Shown: in pieces, positions 34,501-43,900 of the stretch | Numbering within the stretch: position 1 is the first letter of the stretch | How the letters are laid out: the number at the start of each line of letters is the position of its first letter | NCBI GenBank assembly: GCA_002708385.1 | Contig: PANM01000004.1 | Span: 1-44,352 of the forward strand | Reading direction: 5' to 3' | DNA: 44,352 bases | From: Methanobacteriota archaeon | Lineage (GTDB): Archaea; Thermoplasmatota; Poseidoniia; Poseidoniales; Thalassarchaeaceae | Position numbers and translations under genes: made by a program | Notes under the pieces: generated by a model | Seen by the model: the letters and a program-made list of their open reading frames with translations, nothing else | The model's database searches: none | What the model was told of the DNA's origin: nothing

Positions 34501-37306
34501 ATTCACAGAGATTATCCAAACCATCACCATCTGCATCCATAGTTGCATCTGATGGATCTCTAGGATCTAGAGTCCAAAAATTCCCCCCAGTATACACATC
34601 ACCAATCCATCTGCGATGTTCAATCTCCCATCCATCTGGCATACCATCGCCATCAGTATCTTTACTGGTCGGGTCGGTTGGTCCGTCAGTTCCACCTCCT
34701 GCACCGGAATTTAACCACCCAGATAGTTGAACATCCAATGCTGCTTCTCCAAGAGAATCATCGCAGATATATTCCTCGTTTAGATAATGGCAAGAGAAAT
34801 CAGTGGAATCGGTGAACCACCCCCAATATTCCTGCCCATCGGTTAATCCATCTCCATCTGTATCGATATTTCTGGGATCTGTGCCATTAAAACCTCCCAA
34901 GCTCGTATTTACGAACCTGTACTCATCGAGGTTAGTCCATTCTCTATTGAAGGTGATATCACTTGTTTCAAAATTAACTCCATCCGAATCGGCATCTCGA
35001 TATCTATCGTAAGGATCTGTTGGGTCTAGACCATAAGCGAATTCCCATCCATCAGGCATTCCGTCCAAATCTGAATCTATTGATTGTGGGTTAATTGGCA
35101 TTATATTCATATATATTCCAGGAGATACCCCCGCGAAGATATATGGTATTCCTTCTTCAATGAAATTTGTTATTGAAGTGACAAGTCCAGGGATTTTTGA
35201 TTGGTTTTCGTAGATCCCCAATACTCCTTGAGAACCACCTTCAAGCGCCCATAATCCATCTCTTGACCCAAGCAATACGCGCCCATCAATTGCATGAATT
35301 GAATGGATGTCGTTAGCACCTTCCTCCCAGCGTTCTAGATTAAACATACGGTCTGTATCGAAAGACTGTTTCGGGAGCCCTACAAATAAATCTAAGTCTA
35401 TCAGATGCAATCCTCCAGGTGTTCCAAACCAAATTCCGGTCACCTCCTCCAATGAGCCATCTGCCGCAATTGGACCTGCTAATTCCATGACATTAACAAC
35501 AGCGGATTTCGATTGATTAAGTATATCTGCAAATTGAACGTATTCCTCCGCATTTTCAGTTGTATAGATCCAGAATGGTTGGCCTACGGATGTAGTACCA
35601 TCTGTTGTATCCCAACGAATTAATCCACTGTCTGTTCCCACAAGCATCATCGGGCCTCTACCTGACATTGGAACATGAATTACTTCAGTGAATGACCCCC
35701 CCACCTGGTCTAACATATCTGTAAGTTCACTAATTGCAAGTGCTTCACTAAAATCTGGATTACCTGATCCCGAGGAGGGTTCAGAGATTGTAATTGTCCA
35801 CGCTTTAGAACCCTCTCCGAGTAAAATCAAATCTAAGTCTCCACTACCTGTTTCTAATTTCTCAATAACGCCTATTTTCCCAATGTCTGAATTGGAAAGA
35901 GATTCCATTTTCGGTAAACCATTTTCAAGGATTAATGAATGAAGCCCGTGATTAGTACCTAAGATGAGGAAATCCTCTGAGGAGGGGCTCCAACGCAACA
36001 TAGTAAACATCTCAATCCCGCTAGGCAACTCATAAGTCGATGAAGTTTCACTGAATGGATCAATTGCAGTAATTCCATATGCGGATCCAACTAATAATCG
36101 ATTTCTTGCATCATCAGAGAGAACCGTGTGAACTCTACCATCTACCAACATGGGGTCAGTACCTTGGTCAAAAATCATCAAATCTGATTCACCATCAAGT
36201 TGTGCTCCCTTTAATCCTGGTCGTACCCAATGACCACTATCTAAGTGAATCATGTATTCTTCGTAATTACTGAATGCCTCACCCCATTGAGCAGTGTAAA
36301 TTGAGGAATCGGGTATAATAAATCCGTCTCTGTCTATATCCCATCCATCCGAGTCTGAATCGGTTGTGGCGTCGCTAGCATTTCTTGGATCTAATCCGTA
36401 ATAGGCTTCCCAACCATCTGGAATTCCATCACCCGGTACTGCAAGACTTGTGGGTATCAATTCACTCCAAGCATAGTAATCAGAGTCTATTCTACGCGGA
36501 TCACTTCCCAGCCATCCATCATCGCCAGTTGGTCTTACAACCTCGTTTTGACAGGCATCGGGATGCAGATTAGGCATCTTTCCTGAACACCATAATCCAT
36601 CTCTTTCTGTAAGCCAATCACTAGGAGAACCAAACCAATATTCTTCAGAATTAGTATAACGCTCGTCTAGGTCTATTTCACCGTCTCGATTAACGTCAAA
36701 TCCATCTCCACAGCCCCATTCACTAGCTTGTTCGATACATAAGTCAGCATCCTCTATTGCATCTGAATCGTCTAATGGGTCAAAATACAAGCAAACCCAT
36801 TCACTAGTTGCCTGATTTTGATAGCCGGCCCCACCCTCAGTGCACATGTAAATTTCGTATCCATCGGGAAGACCATCTCCATCCGTATCGGATTCCCTTG
36901 GGTCAAGGTATTCTCTATATCCTGACTCGGTTTCATCTGGTGATTTACCAGTTAATGAAAGTCGTTCTGTGAAGCAAGTGTCCAAAGTCCACGGCCAGCA
37001 ATACTCCATCAATGCACTAGCACCATCTCTGTCAAAATCAGTAATATTATCAGAACCATTCATCGGGTCCAAACCTTCGACCACTACAATTCCAAATGGA
37101 GTTTCTATTACTCTCGATTCACCGTAAATAACCTCATGAATATCTGGTATCAAATCTTCATCTTGATCGACAGCCATAGGGCCTGTGCCAGGTACGTCGG
37201 GAGGGTCTACGGAGGATACCGGAGCCTGCGGACGTGTTTGTGAAACAAAAACCAGACTGCTAAGAATCAATAAAGTGACAAGAAAAGCAGTCTGCTTACG
37301 TCGCAT
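31553..37306 (-). CDS. Giant secreted protein (about 1917 aa) with many thrombospondin-type-3-like Ca-binding repeats flanking a central beta-propeller-like region; no C-terminal TM anchor
   Basis: The signal peptide is MRRKQTAFLVTLLILSSLVFV. At least 12 D-x-D-x-DG-x-x-DGWE units are present (DTDGDGLPDGYE, DSDLDGMPDGWE, DTDGDGMPDGWE, DSDGDGMPDGWE ...). Six G(T/S)xxGL blades occur at aa ~411-740 (LLVGSAYGI, LILGTNHGL, MLVGTDSGL, IWFGTPGGL, VLLGSRDGL, IFAGVSPGI). I prefer the ATG at 37306 because GGAGGT (37313..37318) lies 6 nt upstream. Confidence 0.85.
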   Translation of the reverse strand: MRRKQTAFLVTLLILSSLVFVSQTRPQAPVSSVDPPDVPGTGPMAVDQDEDLIPDIHEVIYGESRVIETPFGIVVVEGLDPMNGSDNITDFDRDGASALMEYCWPWTLDTCFTERLSLTGKSPDETESGYREYLDPRESDTDGDGLPDGYEIYMCTEGGAGYQNQATSEWVCLYFDPLDDSDAIEDADLCIEQASEWGCGDGFDVNRDGEIDLDERYTNSEEYWFGSPSDWLTERDGLWCSGKMPNLHPDACQNEVVRPTGDDGWLGSDPRRIDSDYYAWSELIPTSLAVPGDGIPDGWEAYYGLDPRNASDATTDSDSDGWDIDRDGFIIPDSSIYTAQWGEAFSNYEEYMIHLDSGHWVRPGLKGAQLDGESDLMIFDQGTDPMLVDGRVHTVLSDDARNRLLVGSAYGITAIDPFSETSSTYELPSGIEMFTMLRWSPSSEDFLILGTNHGLHSLILENGLPKMESLSNSDIGKIGVIEKLETGSGDLDLILLGEGSKAWTITISEPSSGSGNPDFSEALAISELTDMLDQVGGSFTEVIHVPMSGRGPMMLVGTDSGLIRWDTTDGTTSVGQPFWIYTTENAEEYVQFADILNQSKSAVVNVMELAGPIAADGSLEEVTGIWFGTPGGLHLIDLDLFVGLPKQSFDTDRMFNLERWEEGANDIHSIHAIDGRVLLGSRDGLWALEGGSQGVLGIYENQSKIPGLVTSITNFIEEGIPYIFAGVSPGIYMNIMPINPQSIDSDLDGMPDGWEFAYGLDPTDPYDRYRDADSDGVNFETSDITFNREWTNLDEYRFVNTSLGGFNGTDPRNIDTDGDGLTDGQEYWGWFTDSTDFSCHYLNEEYICDDSLGEAALDVQLSGWLNSGAGGGTDGPTDPTSKDTDGDGMPDGWEIEHRRWIGDVYTGGNFWTLDPRDPSDATMDADGDGLDNLCEYMWGNLLETVLIEGLPTHGENASAAQSWTKTDPNNPDSDGDSLPDGWEARYQCTWGRNNRGINPLNGSDALNNPDGDGFDVNHDGILELNESLVNWLEYHLKDQIIFSDSTASGLNFPDNFTTLLTHDSWQGFAGSSFGAETSTAYRSLINGTTTEDVGSSNPLASDSDGDGMPDGWEFYHARWSLFDESWTLNPVDERDQVGDPDGDGMNNWEEYNVIDGNLSEIDGLTTVPQFYLLNVGGESLATPWLSAESTLSFGTFLSQEDIQQSGYTANPNEPDTDGDGLLDGIELMFTRWNMTDETWTLNPLIAGDGNYDSDRDGITDLVELNLTNKNPQNGGLSPPDAPRMWEEAETLDPNEAVNRVYRILFNKEGRADIALQQFNDWQDGEPAKPLLLALLGITDPNSDDTDRDGMSDGYEYWFTEWNLEDNIWTMNPLTDVDIHEDSDDDSFDCNGDGVISDSESYDNLAEYDARVYGKRSAIDTIPNGTGLVSYGQDTINAYMDEKAMSEPAANDRLWVLFSTKDTKSSDRAGLINSIDSDNFNISLAGVSDPTNFDSDSDGLPDGWEFCYSIYGEWLPINDYRWSLNPLNPLDVNYDPDADGWYDRTQFDTPAEQGVWNNREFTLAPSIDQIPQSNTELFFTNIMEFNNGTHPLKLDSDEDSNVMEPVFNGGLVVDYIQNLNLSDGREVFKYGTNPLDNDTDGDMMPDFYEYFRGWNETNDNWSSYLKISVDWYQVTPSVLKPVTVNGGVIGRPNLEWTWFTHDATDPSDAGQDADNDGGWDCTGGNCVYIPYNNFQEYYGISNATLSSPQLVRQANLVDCYGNIVVEWWQLRESLLGLCSGSSGITTNYFQMYAVANEDGSYNSNQLYTLIIVDNDLDYQVLNTNDDQILVNGVWADSYNRFAGDQYHLPNIGLGEYVYGWWNIDIDGDNFADGTDPTNWDSDGDWYNDWFEINDDIIDGVWGDSGSPMRYDTRSIDFS

Positions 37307-37312
37307 GGTATG

Positions 37313-37318
37313 ACCTCC
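37313..37318 (-). promoter_or_regulatory. Shine-Dalgarno GGAGGT for the giant TSP3-repeat gene
   Basis: The plus strand reads acctcc. There is a 6-nt spacer (catacc) to the ATG at 37306, which opens a canonical signal peptide. Confidence 0.55.
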
Positions 37319-37458
37319 GGTGACCAATCCAAAGCGCTCTTGCCTAACTTATGACGGTGATGGAGCGTCGTTCGGACAATTAGAACAAAATATACCATCA
37401 ATGCCCAACCTGGCTAGAAATAAAATATGTCAATTTGAATGGATTTATGTTTGGATTA

Positions 37459-37476
37459 GGGTCTTATTCAAGACCC
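37459..37476 (+). promoter_or_regulatory. Perfect 7-bp stem / 4-nt loop hairpin (GGGTCTT attc AAGACCC) in a divergent intergenic region, about 28 nt upstream of the MBL hydrolase start
   Basis: The hairpin is visible directly in the sequence. It lies between the AT-rich stretch gaaataaaatatg (possible TATA, ~37417..37431) and the ATG at 37504. Confidence 0.3.
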
Positions 37477-37503
37477 CTCTCTTACCCCATAAACTTAGAT
37501 TCA

Positions 37504-38313
37504 ATGACATTAGAGATTACTCATCTTGGTAGTGGTAGTCGAGGTAATTCCACGTTACTATCGACAGAGGACACAAAGGTCATCGTTGACTGTGGTTTTT
37601 CATTGAAACAAATGGAACATAGACTTGATTTAGTCGGCGTTGAACCCTCTTCAATAGAGGCTATTATTGTAACTCATCATCATGGCGACCATTCAAAATC
37701 AGCTTCAAAGGCATCAAAAAAATGGAATGCTAGATTATATTCAAATCTTGAAACATGTATTAGATTGGGTTTAGAACCAATTTCAGAAGTAAGGACATTT
37801 GAAGGGTTGGAAAGATTACATATTTCCGAAAGCCTGAGTTTACTTCCGGTATCTGTCCCTCATGATGACGCAGACAACGTAGCCATCATAGCAAGCAATG
37901 GAGAGGGTAAGAGAGCCGCCATAGTTACGGATTTAGGAGAACCTACTATCGAGTTAATGAAACACTTATCTGGATGTGAGCACATATCAATTGAGGCGAA
38001 TTATGACTTAAACAGATTAATTTCGGGACCGTATCCTCCTTCTTTGAAAAAGCGTATCACTGGGCGCGGAGGGCATCTTTCTAATGAACAAGCTGCTGAC
38101 ATTTTGGCGGAGGTTTTACACCCTCAACTGAAAAGCATAGTTCTTTGTCATTTATCTGAAAAAAATAACGCCCCCCACTTGGCGGAATCAGAAGTATTAC
38201 ACCAAATTGGAGATAATTTCCAAGGCGTTCTGTCAATATCAAGACAAGAAGGACCCGATTTTTCTAATTTACTGGGTCAAAGTGATTTGGAGCAAATTAA
38301 ATCCACAATTTAG
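37504..38313 (+). CDS. MBL-fold metallo-hydrolase (YycJ/PhnP-like)
   Basis: The N-terminus MTLEITHLGSGSRGNSTLL and the motif VTHHHGDH (HxHxDH) are present. The later D and H motifs are TDLGE and GHLSNEQA. The start at 37504 is preferred over the track start at 37435. Confidence 0.8.
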   Translation: MTLEITHLGSGSRGNSTLLSTEDTKVIVDCGFSLKQMEHRLDLVGVEPSSIEAIIVTHHHGDHSKSASKASKKWNARLYSNLETCIRLGLEPISEVRTFEGLERLHISESLSLLPVSVPHDDADNVAIIASNGEGKRAAIVTDLGEPTIELMKHLSGCEHISIEANYDLNRLISGPYPPSLKKRITGRGGHLSNEQAADILAEVLHPQLKSIVLCHLSEKNNAPHLAESEVLHQIGDNFQGVLSISRQEGPDFSNLLGQSDLEQIKSTI

Positions 38314-38321
38314 GATTCGGA

Positions 38322-40850
38322 TTAATGACCCATAATTGCTCGATGTACTTGGTTTTGGACTTCTCGCATACGATCTACTGCTCCGAGTTCACGGAATACA
38401 GTTAATGACCTTTGGAGGTAATTCATTCTTGCAGAGCGATCGCTTTCAACTTCACCTAATCGGGCTAATAATTCACCCTGCAATAATCTGAAGTCATTGG
38501 CTTCAGCGACGGCGAGTCCATCCAAATAATGCTCTGCAGCCTCGGATTTCCGACCTGTGTCACTCAGCACCTGTCCGAGTAACATTTCTACTTCTACCGC
38601 ACTGTGTGGGTCGGTTGCTTCAGAGAGCACTTCGAGAGCAGTTGAGTAATGGAGTAATGCCAAGTCGTTATCATTTACTCTAGCGTAATATCTACCTAAA
38701 ACAGCTCTACTGCGTGCGTTTAGTATATCCATATCATTTTCTTTTGTTCCATCATGAGCAGAAATGGCGTGATCTCTAGCTCGGTCTAATTCTCCCATTT
38801 CTAGGAAAGCTGAAGCAAGTTGAACCCTAGCATTCATTAGACTAGGATCATCTTCTGCATCTAGTAATTCTTCCACATTCCCATATACTTCCAACGCGTG
38901 GCGCGTGTCTCTTCGGCGACGGAAAATATAACCCATACAAATGTAAGAATTTGCAGCGCCTTCCGCATCCCTTTTTGAAATTTGAATCTCCAATGCTTGA
39001 CGGTGTAATTCTAGAGCATCGTCCATCGCACCTCTCTTTACTGCAATATCTGCTCGTGCAGTCAACAATCTAGATAGGGTTTCAGCCTCTTTGTATTTCT
39101 TTGCTGTAGGTATTGCTGACGCGTATTCTTGCTCTGCTTCATCCCAGCGGCCCTGGATCGAGAGTATATCGCCTCGTAGTTCACGAATCAAACCCCATTG
39201 TGTAGGAGAAAAGCCATCGGATTCTAGGCCTCTGAGTATACCCAAAAGTTCAATATGACCAGATTTAACCAATCCTCTGCCATCTTTTTCTAAAACATCT
39301 GCTAGATTTTCCATATTCCCTGAAGAATTTAAATGGTGAATAAACTCGATTCTATCAGCAGGATTAGTTGTTCTTTTCCTATACCATTCTACTGCGTTAC
39401 TATGGAGTTCAGTCTTTAGAGTTTCATCCATAGATCGAACAAGGAATTCTCTTACTAGATCGTGAACATCATAATTATCAGAGTCAATTCTTCTAGCGAG
39501 GCCCTTTTCTACTAAATCATCAAGCAAATTAAGATCTGCATCCAATCCGCTGAATGAAGCCAAAGGCATTGGTTCACGGAAAACTGCTATTGCACCCAAT
39601 AGTCTTTTTTGTGGACCAGATAATTTGCTAAAAATTTCCTTCTCTACAAATGCCTCTAATGTAGAATGGAAGGTCTCACCCACACTTCCTCGATTTATCA
39701 ATTCTAAAACCAAAGGATGGCCCCTCGACAAGGTGTAGATGTGAAGAAATTGCTGAAGGTCTATATCAGGCATTGTGGTTAGAATTTGTCTACTTGAATC
39801 TTGGTCTAACCCTTCCAATGGTAGGAAGTGAGCCACCGTTTTACCTGAAGAATCAGTTTCCGGAACAACCATTCTAAACGACCTTGAAAACATCACAACA
39901 CCCAATTCCCCCGCCTCAGGGACACGAAGGGTAAGCCCTCGAAGAATTGAGACGAAGTTCTCATCAGCAACCTTATGTAAATCATCAATAACAATAAGAG
40001 AAGGTGAATTTTTCAAGGCGTCAATTATGATATTTACCACCATGGTAACCTGAGGTACCGGTGTTGATGTGACATAATCGCTAAGATCATTATTTCCTAT
40101 CATTGCGAGCCATTCTGAACACGCTTCAAGAAAGGCTCTAGAACCCTCCCAATCTTGACATCGGTGGTAAAGTAGGTTCCTTTGGTGTGTGAACCTTTCA
40201 AGTAATTTTGCCGATAAAGCGGTTTTTCCAATTCCAGCGATACCAGGGACTAGAAGAGTTGTAGATTCTTTCTCCAGAATTTCTGCCATTTTAGAAATTT
40301 CATCGCTTCGGCCATAAAACCTACGCAATCTAGGCAGGTCATTTAGGGAGTTGACAAGTTGTTTCTCTATATGTTTTGAAAGGTCTCTTTCAATTAAATC
40401 TGGAGATAAAGAGGATAGGTCCAATGTGCCCGAGTCATCTAAGTATCTCAAAATATCTACGTGGCGGAGAGGAAGTTCGGTTTTTTCCAAAGCGGTTCTA
40501 AGATCCAAGTTTTCCGCCTTCCCATCTGGATGAATTAATCTGACAGGCTGTTCGCTAGTCTTCTCCCAAATATTATCTGCTAAACTAACGCCTTCAGAGG
40601 TTAGAAAATATGCTTTTCTCTTTCGGGACACTCCAGAAACGTGTGCTTGGCGCTCAATCAAATGACCAGATTCTTTCATACCGGAAATGGCACGGGGTAC
40701 ATTCGAGCGTGCAATTGAAACCGCATTGGCTATTCCCATCTGGGATATTGCGAAAGGCACCTCTACCTTATCCGCATAATCTACATAATCTCTTAGATGT
40801 AATAAAATTCGTTCTTGAACGCCAGGACGGGTCGCAGCCATGGACGTCAT
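38322..40850 (-). CDS. STAND-type NTPase regulator with an N-terminal winged helix-turn-helix, a P-loop NTPase and C-terminal TPR repeats
   Basis: The wHTH is ISQMGIANAVSIARSNVPRAISGMKESGHLIERQ. Walker A is VPGIAGIGKTAL and Walker B is LIVIDDLHKV. The C-terminal ~330 aa consist of TPR-like helical repeats (AEQEYASAI..., ALELHRQALEI..., ALLHYSTALEV...). Confidence 0.75.
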   Translation of the reverse strand: MTSMAATRPGVQERILLHLRDYVDYADKVEVPFAISQMGIANAVSIARSNVPRAISGMKESGHLIERQAHVSGVSRKRKAYFLTSEGVSLADNIWEKTSEQPVRLIHPDGKAENLDLRTALEKTELPLRHVDILRYLDDSGTLDLSSLSPDLIERDLSKHIEKQLVNSLNDLPRLRRFYGRSDEISKMAEILEKESTTLLVPGIAGIGKTALSAKLLERFTHQRNLLYHRCQDWEGSRAFLEACSEWLAMIGNNDLSDYVTSTPVPQVTMVVNIIIDALKNSPSLIVIDDLHKVADENFVSILRGLTLRVPEAGELGVVMFSRSFRMVVPETDSSGKTVAHFLPLEGLDQDSSRQILTTMPDIDLQQFLHIYTLSRGHPLVLELINRGSVGETFHSTLEAFVEKEIFSKLSGPQKRLLGAIAVFREPMPLASFSGLDADLNLLDDLVEKGLARRIDSDNYDVHDLVREFLVRSMDETLKTELHSNAVEWYRKRTTNPADRIEFIHHLNSSGNMENLADVLEKDGRGLVKSGHIELLGILRGLESDGFSPTQWGLIRELRGDILSIQGRWDEAEQEYASAIPTAKKYKEAETLSRLLTARADIAVKRGAMDDALELHRQALEIQISKRDAEGAANSYICMGYIFRRRRDTRHALEVYGNVEELLDAEDDPSLMNARVQLASAFLEMGELDRARDHAISAHDGTKENDMDILNARSRAVLGRYYARVNDNDLALLHYSTALEVLSEATDPHSAVEVEMLLGQVLSDTGRKSEAAEHYLDGLAVAEANDFRLLQGELLARLGEVESDRSARMNYLQRSLTVFRELGAVDRMREVQNQVHRAIMGH

Positions 40851-40908
40851 ACTTGGTACTGTGATTCATTCACCTCAAGAAATTAACCTAAGGTTGAACA
40901 AACATGCA

Positions 40909-43900
40909 TCATTCATCTACATGATCAGGATCAGGCACCCATTCTTCGTTAACTGAATCCCAAAGCCAACCTGGATGCTCATCACTTTGTACCAATTCAT
41001 CCGATTGTTCAGAGTCACTAGATTCACTGTGAGCCTCTTCTTCCTCTTCTTCAAAGGAAATTACTCCACTAAAGAAAAGGATAGCACCTAGAAGAGCAAC
41101 TACTGAAAAAATGATGATTATTACCACATCTACACCTATTCCGCTGTCCCCCACATTCGGGGAAATTTTAGCTCCTGTTATTGAATCGGAACCACTGATG
41201 GAAAATGTAGGATTTACCTGCTTACTCAGAATCGAACCAGGGATTCCCAATTCCCAACTTGAATCCATATTCACAACTGTGGAATTAACTTGAGTCCCTC
41301 CTAACGACACTCTTACTGTTTTTCCGGGCAATCCTGTTCCTGAGAAAGTAATCATTTCTTGAGTGCTGGCTGTTGTTTTATCAGGGTTGTTTACCGTGAA
41401 TTCAATTGGACTAACCGTAAACGAGACTGGAGTGGATATTTCCTTTGAACCAGTTGGGTCAGTAGCCAAGAAAATTACATCACTCAGTGACCAAGTAAGC
41501 ATATTTTCATCATAGAAACCCATTGATTTCGGGTCATAAAATGCGTTCCCATCTATTCCAATATTGATAACCAGACCAAAATCATCATCAGTTGTTCTTG
41601 CTGGATCATCGTAAACAGAAAGTATTAGGTCATTAACACCATCAATGTCGTCGAAGAAATCCAATAAATCCAATTCCGCTGTAGTACATGGATTCTGGGA
41701 TGTGGTATCTACTTCGCAATATAGAATGATTTCTGATTGCCAATTAGTACCATCAAAAGTAGGCCGGTTATTTTCTGCATCTGGAGGGTTGTCAGCGACA
41801 ATTTGAATTTCCGTCCAATCACTAAATGCGTATCCATCGTATGATCTAGATTTGATGATATACTGCATATTGTGATTCATTATTTCAGAATTCCATTCCA
41901 ATTCCCAATAACCATTGGAGGCGATTTCAGTCACAACGCCGGTAAAAACATTGATGTAACCATTTGCTACGTCTAAAACCTCGACATCTACTCTTGTTAT
42001 ATCACCATCATTATCTCTTGCTACTCCACTGATTATGGATTGCTCACTCGCAGAATAAATTTGACCATTTTGTGGTGATGTTAAACTTATGAATGGGGGT
42101 GCATTTTGGTTATCTATTTGTAATTCTATTGTTGAAACTTGACACTCATCAATTTCTCCTCGGCAAAAGTCTGAATCTGAGGCCCAAATTGTAAATGTGT
42201 AAGTTGCGATGTCACGTGGTAATCCACTGAAATCCCAGGTCCAAGACCAATCAGTCGAGCCTTCTGTAGAGGTCAAGACATTGTAGTTTGGACCTTCAAT
42301 TTGGAAGTAAATCTGATCAATGTCCTCTCCACAGTTGAAAGGACACCCGTATGGATCGTGTGCAGTTCCTTCGAAAGTCACGGTACCATCTGAATGAGAA
42401 GATTGAGTGCTTGGGGATGTTACGGAAATAGTCGGAGCTTGAGTATTTACCTTGACAGTACGAGTAATTATCGGAGAATATTCTAATCCATCAAAGGCTC
42501 TGAATTCGAATGTATAATCTCCTTCTTGACGATTCGACATGTCATATTCATAGTACCAATTGGAAAAAGGGTGATTGTTCCTAGAGACGTACCCCGGCTC
42601 AGACCCACTCGCATCAATAGCGTACCCGACAGCATTCCAATCGCTAGTAAATGGGTCTTTGATTTCTACACGATGAACGTATCCTTTCTGATCCCATTGG
42701 GCAAGTTCATCCGTCTCATAAATGCCAGCCCAAGTTCCATCGTAAGCCGAACCTGTTAAATTTACAACTCTTCTGAATGATTCTCCATCATTTTGTACAA
42801 CTGAAACAGTAGGTGGATTATTTTCTAAATTTAGGGTGTCTTGATAAGTTGTATCAGTTAGAGTAAATTCACCATTGTCAAAACCATAGCCGAAGCGATA
42901 GGCTGTGTATCGATAAAGTGAAAGTTCTCTTGTACCTGCAGAATAATCACAGTCAGGATCATCCGTGTCAAGTAACAAATCACCATCATTGTCTAACCCA
43001 TCCGAACACGAGTCTTCGTACTGATCATCTGCGAACCCGTCGGGATTATCGCCATTTTCTAGTCCTCTGAAATCTAGATGGAAATTTGAGGCTAATGAAA
43101 ACCACGGTGTATAACCGTCATCATTGGTTTCCAAACTGTAAAGGTCATTACCTAAAGCGTCCTCGATTAGTACATTTGCATTTGGAACTTTTTGGCCGTT
43201 GACTAATGTTTGGAACCTTACAAGTTCTGCTCTTTGAACTTGAACTGCATATTTCGTAGGTTGAGTTTCTATATTTATTTTTGACAAATCTAAATTTGTT
43301 AGATTTGAAAACGTAAATACTGTTGAATTGTTGTCCATATTGATCGCGAGAGGGAAATTATGAGGTGTGTAATCGACACATGTAGGACAGGACTTGACCT
43401 GATGTGGAATTATTCCGTTTTGCCAACCGTTATTCACCCAAGCCTCTTGGTCATCCCAACTTAACACTACGGGGTTTTCCCCCTCCGGTGGGCTGGGGAT
43501 ATATTCAGACTGAACTGTAACAGCGGATTTTGATACATTGTAGGTTACCCCTACATCATTCCATTCGTTACCACTGAAAAATGCCAAAGTACCATACTCC
43601 TGCTGGCCAGTAAAACCCGAGTCGAAATTCTGCAATATCGCTCCAGTCCCTTGAGTTGCAAAGGTATTTCTTCTAAAGTCAAGAATTGCACCTGTTGCTC
43701 TTACTCCATCCGCTATTCCCTCCGAACCAAACGAATTGTCAACAGCAGTAACACCAGTTCTATGTGCCATAATTAATGGGCATGTAAAGGAGCCCCCCCA
43801 CCATCTCGATGATGAACAATCTCCATTACCTTGAGTTGAAATTGTGTTGTTAGCCAGGTAAAGTCTAGCCTGAGTCGGTGACGGGGCATTATTTCCATAT

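Noticed and set aside
31600-37200. Recurrent GA(T/C)-rich repeats in DNA. I considered them as a CRISPR array or tandem DNA repeat.
   Set aside because: The units are imperfect and of variable length and spacing. They are in frame within one long ORF and correspond to DxDxDGxxDGWE calcium-binding repeats, not repeat-spacer architecture.
37320-37532. A 70-aa plus-strand ORF in the divergent intergenic region.
   Set aside because: It overlaps the giant gene's start region and runs out of frame into the MBL gene start. There are no motifs and no SD, and the MBL family N-terminus begins cleanly at 37504.
40851-40908. A strong SD-like GAGGTGA followed immediately by an ATG that opens a ~37-codon upstream ORF (MNHSTKYDVHGCDPSW...) overlapping the STAND gene start in another frame.
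   Set aside because: The zero-nt SD-to-ATG spacing is unlike the 4-6 nt spacing at confident starts here, and the peptide looks random. I keep it only as a note under the STAND finding.
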